This document shows positions 51,509-62,039 of a stretch of DNA of 64,000 nt, piece after piece; position 1 is the stretch's first letter; every line of letters begins with the position of its first letter. The translations under genes and the position numbers were made by a program. A model generated the notes under the pieces. That model did no database searches. It was given only the letters and a program-made list of their open reading frames with translations, and had not been told where the DNA came from. This DNA is from a virus, in the IMG/VR virus record IMGVR_UViG_3300036828_000547, positions 14,661-78,660 of that record; one strand, 5' to 3'.

Positions 51509-52144
51509 ATGGTATTTGTTCTAATAGAGATGTGGATTGACGGCACAACACCGTTACTTCAAAATCGTGCCACCGAGGAAGATTTGAGTGGTACCACACG
51601 AAGGAACACTGCAACAGAACCAGAAAACCCGCGCCTCACGTGCGACAAACACATCTACCGATTATCACCCAGCAAGCAGATCGCCGTGCCGGGAGGTGCC
51701 TTTGCGCGGATGCTACGCGAAGCTGGAGGCTCACATAAAGCCAAAGGATCCCGCAAATCTGTCAAATATATAGTCCCGGCAGCAGTTACCATCTTAGATG
51801 AACTGTGTGGCTTGTATCTCAATGACCGCAAAACACAGATCACAGACTTTGAGGTGGATTCACGTCCCGTTACCATCCCTTCTACGAAGGGGAAAGTAAT
51901 GCGGCACCGAGCTCGCTTTAACGAGTGGTCTTGCCGGGTACAGTTGCGTATCAACACTAGTATCTTGGATGAAAAGCTGGTGCGCCAGATGATGGGTGAG
52001 GGGCTTTCTCAAATTGGTATTGGCGACAATCGTCCCGAAAAAGGAGGACCGTTTGGCACCAGTGGTCTAGTAATCTGGAAAGAAATATCGGTGCCTGCAC
52101 CGCTGAATGTGGCGCAACTTCGCAATACTAAGCGAAAGGAATAG
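51509..52144 (+). CDS. Stand-alone Cas7/RAMP-like RNA-binding protein
   Basis: N-terminal strand IDGTTPLL; IAVPGGAFARMLREA (compare the RAMP IPGSSLKGALR motif); RARFNEW; C-terminal Gly-rich loop GIGDNRPEKGGPFG. GAAAGGA RBS; starts 28 nt after the array. Confidence 0.7.
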   Translation: MVFVLIEMWIDGTTPLLQNRATEEDLSGTTRRNTATEPENPRLTCDKHIYRLSPSKQIAVPGGAFARMLREAGGSHKAKGSRKSVKYIVPAAVTILDELCGLYLNDRKTQITDFEVDSRPVTIPSTKGKVMRHRARFNEWSCRVQLRINTSILDEKLVRQMMGEGLSQIGIGDNRPEKGGPFGTSGLVIWKEISVPAPLNVAQLRNTKRKE

Positions 52145-52150
52145 AGCGTA

Positions 52151-52664
52151 ATGCCGAAACCAGTTTGTGTTCCCTGCGGGCGGTTTTTCCGGCCCAATAA
52201 GACTGGACGAACGTGGACGGAGATGAAGCCAAATGGAGGCGTGCTTGCTCCTCCAGGAAATGAGGCTCCATCGATGTGGAGCTTCTACAAGGTGTGGCAA
52301 GGTGATGAGTGGATATGCCACGGTTGCGGTGCATTGATTATTGTCGGTCATGGCAGCAATCCATGGGTTGTGGATTATGAGCCAGATGCAATTGAGAAAC
52401 AGATCGCATTTGAGGCTGATAAGATTATTGTCAATGACTGCTAGGGAGTGGATAATGAGAAAGATTATATTCGATAGTCTTAACTTTGCGAACGCCAATG
52501 GCTACTTTGATAAAGGGGAGCATCTTGATGGAGCCAGCCCTGAAGATATTGCAGCAGATCTAATTCAGTACGCCATAGACTGCGAGCACTATACAGTAGA
52601 GCAGATTTTACCTCATGTTAAGGAATGGTTGGAATTAAGAACAATGATAGGAAGAGTATTTTAA
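52151..52664 (+). CDS. Two small hypothetical genes (Zn-ribbon 52151-52444; ~52455-52664)
   Basis: CVPC...CHGC; co-oriented with the RAMP-like gene. Confidence 0.5.
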
Positions 52665-52740
52665 TCTGCTTGCGCTTCCGCTAATTTTGTTGTAAAGTAT
52701 AATGTGCCGCAAAGGGCGGACGCAACAAAGGATACTTACT

Positions 52741-55700
52741 ATGACGATTAATCCAGAAGCACACCGTCTCCTTACTGACCAAGGCGCTGTTGTCTTCATC
52801 GAGCACATCGAAGCAGATTTTGATGATGGCGATGTAGAGAATGGTCCCGGTACTAGGGGGCATCCTGAGTGTGACGTGTACCAGAGCGAAAGCCACAACA
52901 TCGGCATCGACTGGCGTGGCATGGACCATAATGTGCGGGACTTTGATATGGAAGCATATTGTGCCGAGCACATGGAGGATGGCCATTATGAGTAAGTCAG
53001 AAGCAGACATCGAGCGTGAGGCCGAGCGCCGCATGAATGTATTTGACCGTGGCTACCAGCGTGGTGAACTCACTGATGCCATGTACGGTCAGCTAGTCCA
53101 GGATTTAGAAGAGTGGACCCAACAGCAATTGTGTAAACATATTCTAAAGTTCAATAGTGAATTCTGGCTAACTTGTATCAAGTGCGGTGCGCAACCATAC
53201 AAGTGCGAGGAGGCGCAATGAAACGAATACTAATCGTGGCGACACTGGCATTGATGGTCAGTGCTGCCCATGCGCAAGATGTCAAAATGAGGGCATTGCC
53301 GAAGGTTATGCAGGGTCAATGGTGCGTTGATCATAACCATGGTGATGGTGACTTGAACCTGCGTCGGGACTGTGGTGACTATGACAACATCTATAATGTT
53401 ACTATTGATTCCAAGTCCTTTAACATAGATGCACCTTGCGTAGTCCGTCTTATTACGAAGGCACCAGACAATACTTACTTCATCACTGCGCGTTGCAAGA
53501 TGGAGAATGGTGGTTTGTTATCAGAAAGCAGTTCAGTACATTTATCAGATGATGTATTGCACTGGCACATGGACCACGAATTAAAAGGAGAGTGAAAGTG
53601 AATACTCCTTGTGAGCGCATCGACCTACCCTAACCCAATTCAAGGTAGTACGATGCACTTCTGCATCACAAAGGAGGAAGTTAACATGAAACGTATCGTA
53701 TTTACTTTGTTATTCATTAGCATTATTTCCCCGGCACTCGCGGAGCAGAAGAGGACCAAATCCGTGGAACAGATTAAGCGGAATGTAATCCTCGAGGTGG
53801 CACCAGTTCCGGTGTTACCAAACTTTAGCAATGAGAATTGGGATCGAGTGCTCGGCAAGGCCAAGGATCAGAACTCAGGCGGCTAAATAATAGCGACTGC
53901 CCTCCCCCTTATGGGGAGGGTAGCCTATCGGATAGAGGTTTAGATGAGCGGACTTTATCACTTGGTCTTTGGGGTCAACCCACTGGCTGGTCCTTTGCTG
54001 AGGGCATTGGAGATAGATTACAAGACCGTGCCACGCTTCCGTGATTGTTTCCTAAGTGTAGATGGTGATACAATTATCATCTACACTCGCACAGGTGGCA
54101 ATAACCGGGAGGATTACGTCGCAGAAATAGACGCGATGCGAAAATATCCCGGCTATCTGCGTGATGAGGATGACAGCTACGATAATACCTATGCGCTGTT
54201 CTATTACGCAATCCCAGAAGCGATTGCAGCGCATTGCAAAGAGATTCCGCAAGAATTTTGTGTAGACCCAGCCAAGCGTTGGGGTGAGCTTATTGACAGC
54301 ATAGGAAAGAAGTGAGGTTCAGATGGGTTATGCTCTGTGTATGGGCTCTTGTTTCGCGTGCCGCAAACCATTTGCATTCAACCCTCTGCGGGTGCCCTCG
54401 ATCCGTGTACGCGGGTCGAGGGAGCCTGTTTGCCGGGAGTGCATAGAGGCAGCAAATCCTATGAGGATAGCAAATGGGTTAGAGCCCATTGTGCCCGCGC
54501 CTGACGCTTACGATGCATGTGATGAGGGTGAGCTGCGATGAAATATCTTGCCATACCATGGGGATTGATAGCCATGGGGGGAGATCCGAACTATCCTATG
54601 GTTATTCGTGTAATATCTCTGATAATTCTACTCATTCCTTGTGTGTTTGGATATATCATATTGCCAGCTCATGCATTATACGAATGGTGGAGCGAAAGGG
54701 GTAAGGTCATGCTGCCAATAGTTGATGATCATGTGGCGATTGCCAAGCGGCTTGCAGAACTTACAGGGGAAACTAAGAAGTTCCCACCAATTTGCACTGT
54801 CTGCCGCGAACTAGGCTGGACACTCAACGCATCTGGTGATTGGCGAGAATGTATAAACTGTCGCAACCCACGACGATTGCCACACCCACCATGAAAACCA
54901 TGTACAAAGACTTTCCGTTTGATGAAGTCTGTGATACGGCAAGAAGGTTAGCCGTAGAAGGTCACAAGGTGTATCAAAAGTTCACCTGTGTCGGTTGTGG
55001 CCAGCGGTTGACCATGGATGAGCCCAACCACTTCTACGAAGAGGGCACGTGTGACAAGTGTGACGCCGTCACCGACATCAAGAAACAAGGCTGTAACTAC
55101 ATGGTCGTTAGCGGAGGCCCAAAATGAAGTGTTATTATATCGTAATCGAACGTACTCCCGGCTATAGAAAGACTGAGGAGTACTTTGACTATCACGCCAA
55201 CACCATAGATGAAGCATGGGACTATGCCCGTCAAGTAGCGCGACTATGCAGTTCAACAGCCCGTGTCAAAGAAGTCAGAGAAGTTGTAATCCCTATTCAA
55301 CAAATTGAACCTCACATCTATTCACCTGACTATCAAGCCATGGGAGACTGCCGTGTCTGTGGCCACGGACAGGACAAACCATGGCACCGATGACCTTGAA
55401 AGAGATTTGTTTCCATGAACGTCGTTCGATGTATGCCCGTCGCGTCAATGGATATGGCCAGTACGATGACCATGTCTGGCGGTGGCTTAACTACCACCTG
55501 AGGATAAGGAGAGGCAATGAAGCTACAGTTCCCAAGCCATGACTTAGCGTTAGGGTTCGCAGATGGCTTGGCTGACCCAGATGGCCTTGACGTTTATGCC
55601 ACGGTCGAGGGTTGCATTCTTGAGCTATTGGGCGTTGACGATTCCAGCATAATCGAGAGCGCAATCGAGTTGGGCGCTATTGAGATAAAGGAGAGGCAAT

Positions 55701-57332
55701 GAGTGAGTATACAGGATTTCGGATTAAGGAAATACACGCCATTGTGGCAGTGGGTGATGATGATGAAGAAGGTGTAGTCGCATATCTTGGCAAACTAGGG
55801 TCGATCCCACTAATCGCAGCAGACCCAAAGCGATTAGATATCATCAAAGCAATGGCACAAGTCGTGGCCGATCAGCTTGGGAAAAACTTCAAAGTTGTCA
55901 GGTTTTCCATACGGGAAGACATTGGAGAGATAAGGAGCGAGAAGAATGAGCACGACACTACGTGAGTTTTTGGCTGATGCTGCTGTGGCTGCAAGTAGGA
56001 TCTTCGAAGAAACAGGTGAACTACTGCCATTGTATCATGTCGTAATTGGCACGGGAGAAGAAATAGCATTTCCTGGATTGCCGGGAAACAAGGACGTTGC
56101 GGTCGCTGCGGTTCGTGAGCTTTTTCGTATAACCGAAGCTACCCGTTATGTCTTTATGAATGAGGCATGGGCATTAATGTCCGAAGATGAAAAGACTACA
56201 CAGGAGGTTTACCGTGATGGCGTAAGAAATCATCCGGATCGTGTGGAGATAATTATGTTCAGTGCCGAAGATGTTAATGAAGGAATGTTGTTGGCACACA
56301 GAGATATTATAAGAGAAGATGGTAAGGTGCGTCTAGGCCCTCTGGAAATACAGGATCGGGGGACCAATGAAGGACGGATGGTTGGATTATTACCGCAACG
56401 TGGAACAACACAGTAAGGAGATGTAAATGGTGACGCTCAGTAAGGCAGTCGTGGAGTTCTTTGGTAAGAAGCCGGGGCAGACTCTGCCTGAGTTTTTGGC
56501 CGAGCTAAAAGCTTTGACTAAAGAGGACAGGGAATGGTATGTGAAGGAATTTGCTAAGATTGGAGTTGAAGTGGAACCACCGAAATGAGACAATCTAATA
56601 AATATACTTGTGCCTTGTGTCATGGCACCTTCATCAAGGGCCGGTCTGATGATGAAGCATGGGCAGAGCATCTTGCTCGCAATCCAGACGTTGTTAAGAA
56701 GAAAGATACTGACATGGTCTGTGACAATTGCTTCGAGTATGTTATGGCCGTTGAGGAAGGTCGAGCTTCCCCGATTCGTAGGAAGCGGGGTTCTGTAAAG
56801 TAACCGCTGTTGTGCCTCCCGTAAAAATGTTGTAAAGTGTTTTGCGCAGGGGGCATTCCGCCCCGTGCAAAACAAGGAATATTACATGGCTGAAGTTTTT
56901 GATACTGTGAGCTTTACTGTTAAGTCTGGTGAAACCCTCACCGGGAAGGTTTCTGCTGTGGTCCAAACCGAATGTGGGCCGGGTTCCCTTAGAACAATAT
57001 ATGAAGTAAGGGTCAACCCAGCGAATGAAGAACCCGAATACGAAGTCGATGGTGACACCATGGAAGGTCGTAAGTTCCTTGTCACATACCTAGATTAAGG
57101 AAATTCGGTGGCAAAAATCCTACCTCGCCTTCATAAGCGCCGCAACTCGGCCATTGAAGAGTACTACATGGCTCGAGAAGAATATGCCGTGTTTCTACGA
57201 AATAAGAAGAAAATGACCTATGCAGAAATAGGACATCGTTTAGGTGTCAATCAGCAAAGGGCTACTCAGTTGGTTTGGCGCGCGCAATACGGACGTGGGA
57301 ACATATATCTAAAATCACTAGCCGCTCTGTAA
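52741..57332 (+). CDS. Long run of small accessory genes (many CxxC, some with signal or TM segments; HTH at 57108-57332)
   Basis: Tightly packed + strand ORFs with ATGA overlaps and RBSs, e.g. 53218-53595, 53944-54315, 54323-54541, 54538-54894, 55699-55965, 55946-56416. Confidence 0.5.
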
Positions 57333-57433
57333 AGTAACCGCTTGCGTGATTTTGGGGCCGGGTGTAGGCTTTACACAACCACCATCTAACTGACATCAAA
57401 TTGATATAAAAATGACACAAACGATTTAAAAGG

Positions 57434-57472
57434 AATCCGCCGCCCTTTCACGAGAGCGGCGGATTTTTGTTT
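57434..57472 (+). terminator. Intrinsic terminator, possibly bidirectional
   Basis: AATCCGCCGC...GCGGCGGATT followed by TTTGTTT. Confidence 0.65.
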
Positions 57473-57516
57473 GGTCCAAGGAGCTGGACGTCACCTGCCT
57501 AGGAGGCACTAGGAAA

Positions 57517-59253
57517 ATGACAGCCGAGCACATATTTACCACACTCCCTATAGGAAAGCAAGCGTTAATTATTAAAGAGTTTAGTGAACTCTTTAATAGT
57601 AATAAGCGCGGATATGGTCTTGGTGAATTTGAGGGTGCTCGCTTTAATGAAGATAAGAATAAGTGGATACCTGGGAGTGTTCGGTGGACTTGGGGCACGG
57701 CTGGTGAGGAAGAATGGCGAGCACATTTAGCCGGGAAGAGACTATTAGGTCTTGGAGTTCTTTGCGACGATAATATGGTCTGGTATGCTTGCCTTGATAT
57801 CGATCAATATGAGATTGACTATCAAGACGAGATGGCAAAGATCAAACGTAGCTCACTACCTTTGGTTGTATTTAGGACTAAGTCAGGCGGGCTGCGCGTT
57901 ACCCTATTCTTTGAAGAAGCAATAGAAAGCGAGCTGGTTATCCCGAGGATGAAGAAAATCTCTTCACTCTTGGGATACGCAGGCTGTGAAATCTTCCCCA
58001 AACAGATTAAGTTAGATGTCGCGAACGGTGATTGCCCGTCGTGGATCTATATGCCATACGGAGGGACAGGCGCACGTTATATAGGAGGTGATGAAGTATC
58101 ACCTCCTATGTTCCCCGAGCAAGGTTGTATGAACGAGGCTGGGAATTTAATGGATATAACAGAGTTTATACCCTATGCCAAAGATCGTAGGGTATCAAAG
58201 AAACAATTCATGGAATTGTTTGCCGGGGAAGAAAAAGCAAAAACAAACGGGAAGAGCAATGGTAGGAAACACCCAAAGGGGTCATGGGTCCAGGAAGAAT
58301 CAGCCGAAGTAACGATCAATACCATGTTCTGCGACGGTCCTCCTTGCATGTGGACGATTGCCCATAACCGATGTCATGATTTTCAGAATAACTTCTTGCT
58401 TGATGTCGCGACATTTCTCAAGCAAAAGTATTCAGAGAACTGGGAAAAAGCGTTAGAATGGGTCAATTACAACGTACTTCAACCGGTAGGGGATAGGGAG
58501 AAATTGAATGGCATCATTAAACGAACACAGGGCCATAAATATGACTATATGTGTCAGCAAGAACCGATATGCTCACACTGTAATCCTCATGCATGTCGTC
58601 GTATGCCGTGGGGTGTTGGGCAGAATGGGAAGGGTGCTGATCATTTAGAATTAGGGGTAACGATTATATTAACAGAGCCTAATCTATACATAGTGAATCT
58701 AGGTGAAAAACGAGTTATGTTTAATCCTGAAGATTTAATAAGGCAGGACAAGTATCAACTTAAATGTGCTGAATACAGTGTTCCAGTTCCTCATAGAAAG
58801 AAGCCAGATGAGTGGATTGATTTGGTAAACAGGAGTTTGGAGACAGCGACACGGGTGCAGCCTTCACATGCAATACGATCACATGCCAGCCACTTTGATA
58901 TGTTGATGGTATTTCTCAATGTCCATATTCCTAATTTCTTGCGTTATGGTGAAAAGCCTGATGATATGGCCCGCGCCAGGATTGATGAAAGAAGGGTTTA
59001 TTTCAAGGATCATAGATTATTGACATGGGCTAAACGAGATGGTGGTGTGAAGTATGAGATTGAGATGAGGCGGTTTATTCATGATAAATGTGACTACCAT
59101 GACAAGAAAACAAGTGGAGGGCGATGGTGGCGATGCACATATAGTATATCTTTCGATATGCTAGATGAGGATGCGGTAGAGAAGTGGTTGAGCATAGCAA
59201 AGGAGGAGGATGATGGGCGACAAGCGGAACCAAGCAGAGATATTGTTGAATGA
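57517..59253 (+). CDS. AEP-superfamily primase with a Cys-rich domain
   Basis: HL.G...LG, CLDIDQY (DxD), RTKSGG, EIFPKQ; then PPC and C..EPICSHC..HAC clusters. Confidence 0.7.
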   Translation: MTAEHIFTTLPIGKQALIIKEFSELFNSNKRGYGLGEFEGARFNEDKNKWIPGSVRWTWGTAGEEEWRAHLAGKRLLGLGVLCDDNMVWYACLDIDQYEIDYQDEMAKIKRSSLPLVVFRTKSGGLRVTLFFEEAIESELVIPRMKKISSLLGYAGCEIFPKQIKLDVANGDCPSWIYMPYGGTGARYIGGDEVSPPMFPEQGCMNEAGNLMDITEFIPYAKDRRVSKKQFMELFAGEEKAKTNGKSNGRKHPKGSWVQEESAEVTINTMFCDGPPCMWTIAHNRCHDFQNNFLLDVATFLKQKYSENWEKALEWVNYNVLQPVGDREKLNGIIKRTQGHKYDYMCQQEPICSHCNPHACRRMPWGVGQNGKGADHLELGVTIILTEPNLYIVNLGEKRVMFNPEDLIRQDKYQLKCAEYSVPVPHRKKPDEWIDLVNRSLETATRVQPSHAIRSHASHFDMLMVFLNVHIPNFLRYGEKPDDMARARIDERRVYFKDHRLLTWAKRDGGVKYEIEMRRFIHDKCDYHDKKTSGGRWWRCTYSISFDMLDEDAVEKWLSIAKEEDDGRQAEPSRDIVE

Positions 59254-59467
59254 GGCGATGGATCACATTGCTGGGACATTGGAACAGCCGGGAGATATGC
59301 GGGCCTGGGACCATTTATTGATCTATTGCCCACGTGAGGCTTTGGAACGTCGCCTTGAGCGTATGAACGAGAGGAAGAGGAACGGTGTGTTGCCGGGAGA
59401 GGTCGCACAGAAATTTCGTGAAAGATATGAAGGACAGACCGTGTTTGAGTTCGATAATGACGACTGA
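59210..59467 (+). CDS. Hypothetical protein
   Basis: 85 aa, strong AGGAGG RBS. Confidence 0.5.
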   Translation: MMGDKRNQAEILLNEAMDHIAGTLEQPGDMRAWDHLLIYCPREALERRLERMNERKRNGVLPGEVAQKFRERYEGQTVFEFDNDD

Positions 59468-59558
59468 TGTGGGAGTTGAAGAGCAACTCCCACAGGAGTT
59501 GAGGACGATGTGGGAACTAAGGCTGAACACTTGCTGTTCTTGGAATTAACGTGGTACA

Positions 59559-60146
59559 ATGGCTACGTGGGAGAGTATCATAATGACATATGATCCACTT
59601 ACGTATCAGCCGGTAGAACGTGGGCGCGACCCGTTATGGTCATTGTTGAAGTTAAACCCTATCAAAATGGAGCACTACCTTGGGTTGTTACATCAGTATT
59701 ACCCACATATTGAGTCTTATTTTCCTGTATATCTAAGGTTGTGTAGACCTCATGGATGCAGGAGGCCGGTAGAGGTGGTAAGTCCTGTGTATCCTGGGTA
59801 TTTGTTCTTGAAAGTAAATTGTGATAATTTGTTTAGACCTGTGAGTTTGCCGGTGAAAGCAAGGTGGGTTCGGTGTGGTGGGAATGGTGATCTTTCTAAA
59901 GGTGGTGATATTACGATCGTACCTGATATAGCGGTGGAGCGGTTGAGGAAGTTGGAAATAGCCGGTGAGTTAGTAAGGGAGGTCAAATATGTCAATCCTT
60001 ATAGAGCGGGGGTTGCGGTCCGTGTGCATCTGCCAGTGCAGGATATTAGAGGGGTTATTGTCAAACTTATTGGGGGGAATAGAGCAGTGGTTGAGAACAG
60101 TTTTTGTCGGGTATTGGTGCCAATTCATGGGTTGGAGGTCTGTTGA
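59559..60146 (+). CDS. NusG/RfaH-family transcription factor
   Basis: NGN motif YFP...PVYPGYLFL, VPD..VERLR, and a C-terminal KOW-like G..VRV....G.I. Confidence 0.7.
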   Translation: MATWESIIMTYDPLTYQPVERGRDPLWSLLKLNPIKMEHYLGLLHQYYPHIESYFPVYLRLCRPHGCRRPVEVVSPVYPGYLFLKVNCDNLFRPVSLPVKARWVRCGGNGDLSKGGDITIVPDIAVERLRKLEIAGELVREVKYVNPYRAGVAVRVHLPVQDIRGVIVKLIGGNRAVVENSFCRVLVPIHGLEVC

Positions 60147-60180
60147 CTGGGGTGGTAGGATAGTGTGGTGTGGTCTTGGT

Positions 60181-60419
60181 GTACAGAGTGTACATGGTGT
60201 ACATGATGTACATCTGTACACTTCCGGGTACACTGATATTGGATGCGTAAGCTGTAATACGCACGCCCAAGAGTTCGTACACTTTGTACACTTTGTACAC
60301 CGACGACTTCGTTACAAATTCCGTGCGCCCCCGCGCACATGCACGATTAGTCGAAAGTGTACACGACGGTGTACAATCCCAAAAAATACCCTTGCGCGTC
60401 ATTCCCAGACTGTGGTACA
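60181..60419. repeat. Cluster of 12 GTACA motifs with 9-bp periodicity (origin-like)
   Basis: GTACA at 60181, 60190, 60199, 60208, 60216, 60228, 60277, 60286, 60295, 60359, 60371 and 60415. Confidence 0.7.
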
Positions 60420-60497
60420 ATATTCTCATGTAGCCGCTAGGCAACGAGGACCGCCGTGGTCCTATCACCCGGCTACATTGAACCCAAGGAGCAGAGT

Positions 60498-60887
60498 ATG
60501 AAATACATGTCACCAGACACCTTTGCAGATGTCATAACATTCACTCGAAAGGAAAAGCTTCTTCGTTGGGCGAATCTTGTCCGTGAGGACACCAAGATCA
60601 ACAGCTCACTCATGGTATTCTATGATCTGGAGCACCTTACTCTGGCTGAATTACGAAGACTACCTATTCATCATACTCAAGCCCAGAACAATGTTTTCGG
60701 CATCGCGACCAAGGACCCAGTATTCCAATCCTTGGGGCTAGCAGCCGACGCTCCTATCTCGGACATTGTGAATTTCCTTGAGATCAACAGACATGAACTC
60801 CATGCCGTATCGTGTGGATGCCACACCGCTATGGATCGTCATGAGGTGGTAGCTCAGAGGATTGAGCAACTAGCGAATAAAGCTTAG
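60498..60887 (+). CDS. Hypothetical protein
   Basis: AAGGAG RBS before MKYMSP; ends with an H..SCGCH motif. Confidence 0.55.
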   Translation: MKYMSPDTFADVITFTRKEKLLRWANLVREDTKINSSLMVFYDLEHLTLAELRRLPIHHTQAQNNVFGIATKDPVFQSLGLAADAPISDIVNFLEINRHELHAVSCGCHTAMDRHEVVAQRIEQLANKA

Positions 60888-60924
60888 GACCGCACCTCCT
60901 GCCCCAAGCCCAAGCGGTCCTGAG

Positions 60925-60975
60925 AACGGCAGGAGGACTGGGAGCCAAGACCCATGATCCTCCTGCCGTTTTTAT
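60925..60975 (+). terminator. Intrinsic terminator
   Basis: AACGGCAGGAGGA...TCCTCCTGCCGTT followed by TTT. Confidence 0.65.
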
Positions 60976-61132
60976 ATTCCGGCAAGTCGTTGAAAATATT
61001 TCAACGATCGTTGTCAATTTCCTGCATGGTGAATTCTTGTGAACCATACCCACCCTCTAAGATCTTTGAATTCTTTTCGAAGATCTTAAGAAATAAAAAA
61101 AGGAGTCGGCGGAATGAACCACCGACCCTATT

Positions 61133-61507
61133 CTATGCTCTCTCTTTTTTCTTCTTCGCGACGACGGGCTTTGCCTCTTCCACCGGCTGTTTCTCGGAGG
61201 GGAAGTACCGCTGCCCATTGATCTCGATGAAGTCACCCCACGTGTAGAGCCACCGGAGATGCTGCATCGTGTTGTATGGATCATATCCTATTTCGTGGGC
61301 ATCTTTAATAATTTGACCGATGGTCGTGGTGGTCTTTTTCCTGAGCACATGCTCGAAGAGATTCCACCCCAGCGCGGTCGGTCGCCATGGATTATGAGTA
61401 CTGATCACGCGAACTGTAGCGTCGTACGGAAATGACTTGCACGCCTTCCACGCGGTTACATGCTTGACCGTCGCGCTAGGCGCGATCGGCATATTCGTCG
61501 GGCTCAT
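61133..61507 (-). CDS. Divergent member of the DLRWD paralogue family
   Basis: HLRWLYTWGDFIEING; AGGAGG RBS; own promoter at 61535-61564. Confidence 0.6.
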   Translation of the reverse strand: MSPTNMPIAPSATVKHVTAWKACKSFPYDATVRVISTHNPWRPTALGWNLFEHVLRKKTTTTIGQIIKDAHEIGYDPYNTMQHLRWLYTWGDFIEINGQRYFPSEKQPVEEAKPVVAKKKKERA

Positions 61508-61569
61508 ATCAACCTCCTATTAGTGCCTGTGGCTATTTTACCACGCCCGTATCGTGAACCGCAAGTTAG

Positions 61570-61597
61570 AAAAAGGGCGGTGATTTCTCACCGCCCT
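61570..61597 (-). terminator. Intrinsic terminator
   Basis: AGGGCGGTGA-TTTC-TCACCGCCCT with a U-tract on the minus strand. Confidence 0.7.
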
Positions 61598-61604
61598 ATT
61601 CCTA

Positions 61605-62039
61605 CTACTCAGCGGCTACGGTTTCCTTCTCGGCGACCGCCGGGGTCTCGAGCTGGATGAGCCCGTGCTGGAGGTCCCAGCGCAGGTCATTGCGGGCCAG
61701 CATACGCGGTTCGTTGTTGTCCTTGTATGCTTGGCAGAACTCGGCGACGGTGATGCCGGTCTTGTAGTACCGGTTATACCGAGTGGACGACTTGGACTTG
61801 CCCGTTTGGCCTTTGGCTTCGGGCTTGAACCAAGTGATGACCGCCGTGTCCGGAATCGCGGCCACGTTGGCGTAGCGGGTCTTCTTGACCTTGGCAACCT
61901 TCGGCTCTTCAGCCTTGGGTTCCTCGACCACCTGTTCGGTGGTGGACTCGGTCTGCAAGAACTCGGGCGAGATGGTCTCAGCCGTGTTGGGCTGGGACTG
62001 CTCGGTCTTGGCCTTCTGCTTTTTCTTGAACGATACCAT
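61605..62039 (-). CDS. DLRWD-family protein
   Basis: RYNRYYKTGITV.EF...ARNDLRWDLQHG; AGGAG RBS before MVSFKK. Confidence 0.7.
   Translation of the reverse strand: MVSFKKKQKAKTEQSQPNTAETISPEFLQTESTTEQVVEEPKAEEPKVAKVKKTRYANVAAIPDTAVITWFKPEAKGQTGKSKSSTRYNRYYKTGITVAEFCQAYKDNNEPRMLARNDLRWDLQHGLIQLETPAVAEKETVAAE

Noticed and set aside
53897-53922. GC-rich hairpin CTGCCCTCCCC-TTAT-GGGGAGGGTAG
   Set aside because: No U-tract, so it cannot be called a terminator; function unsupported.
59989-60513. ORFs 59989-60501 (+) and 60067-60513 (-)
   Set aside because: They are translations of the GTACA repeat cluster (VHFVHF, MYTMYT), overlap real genes and have no RBS.
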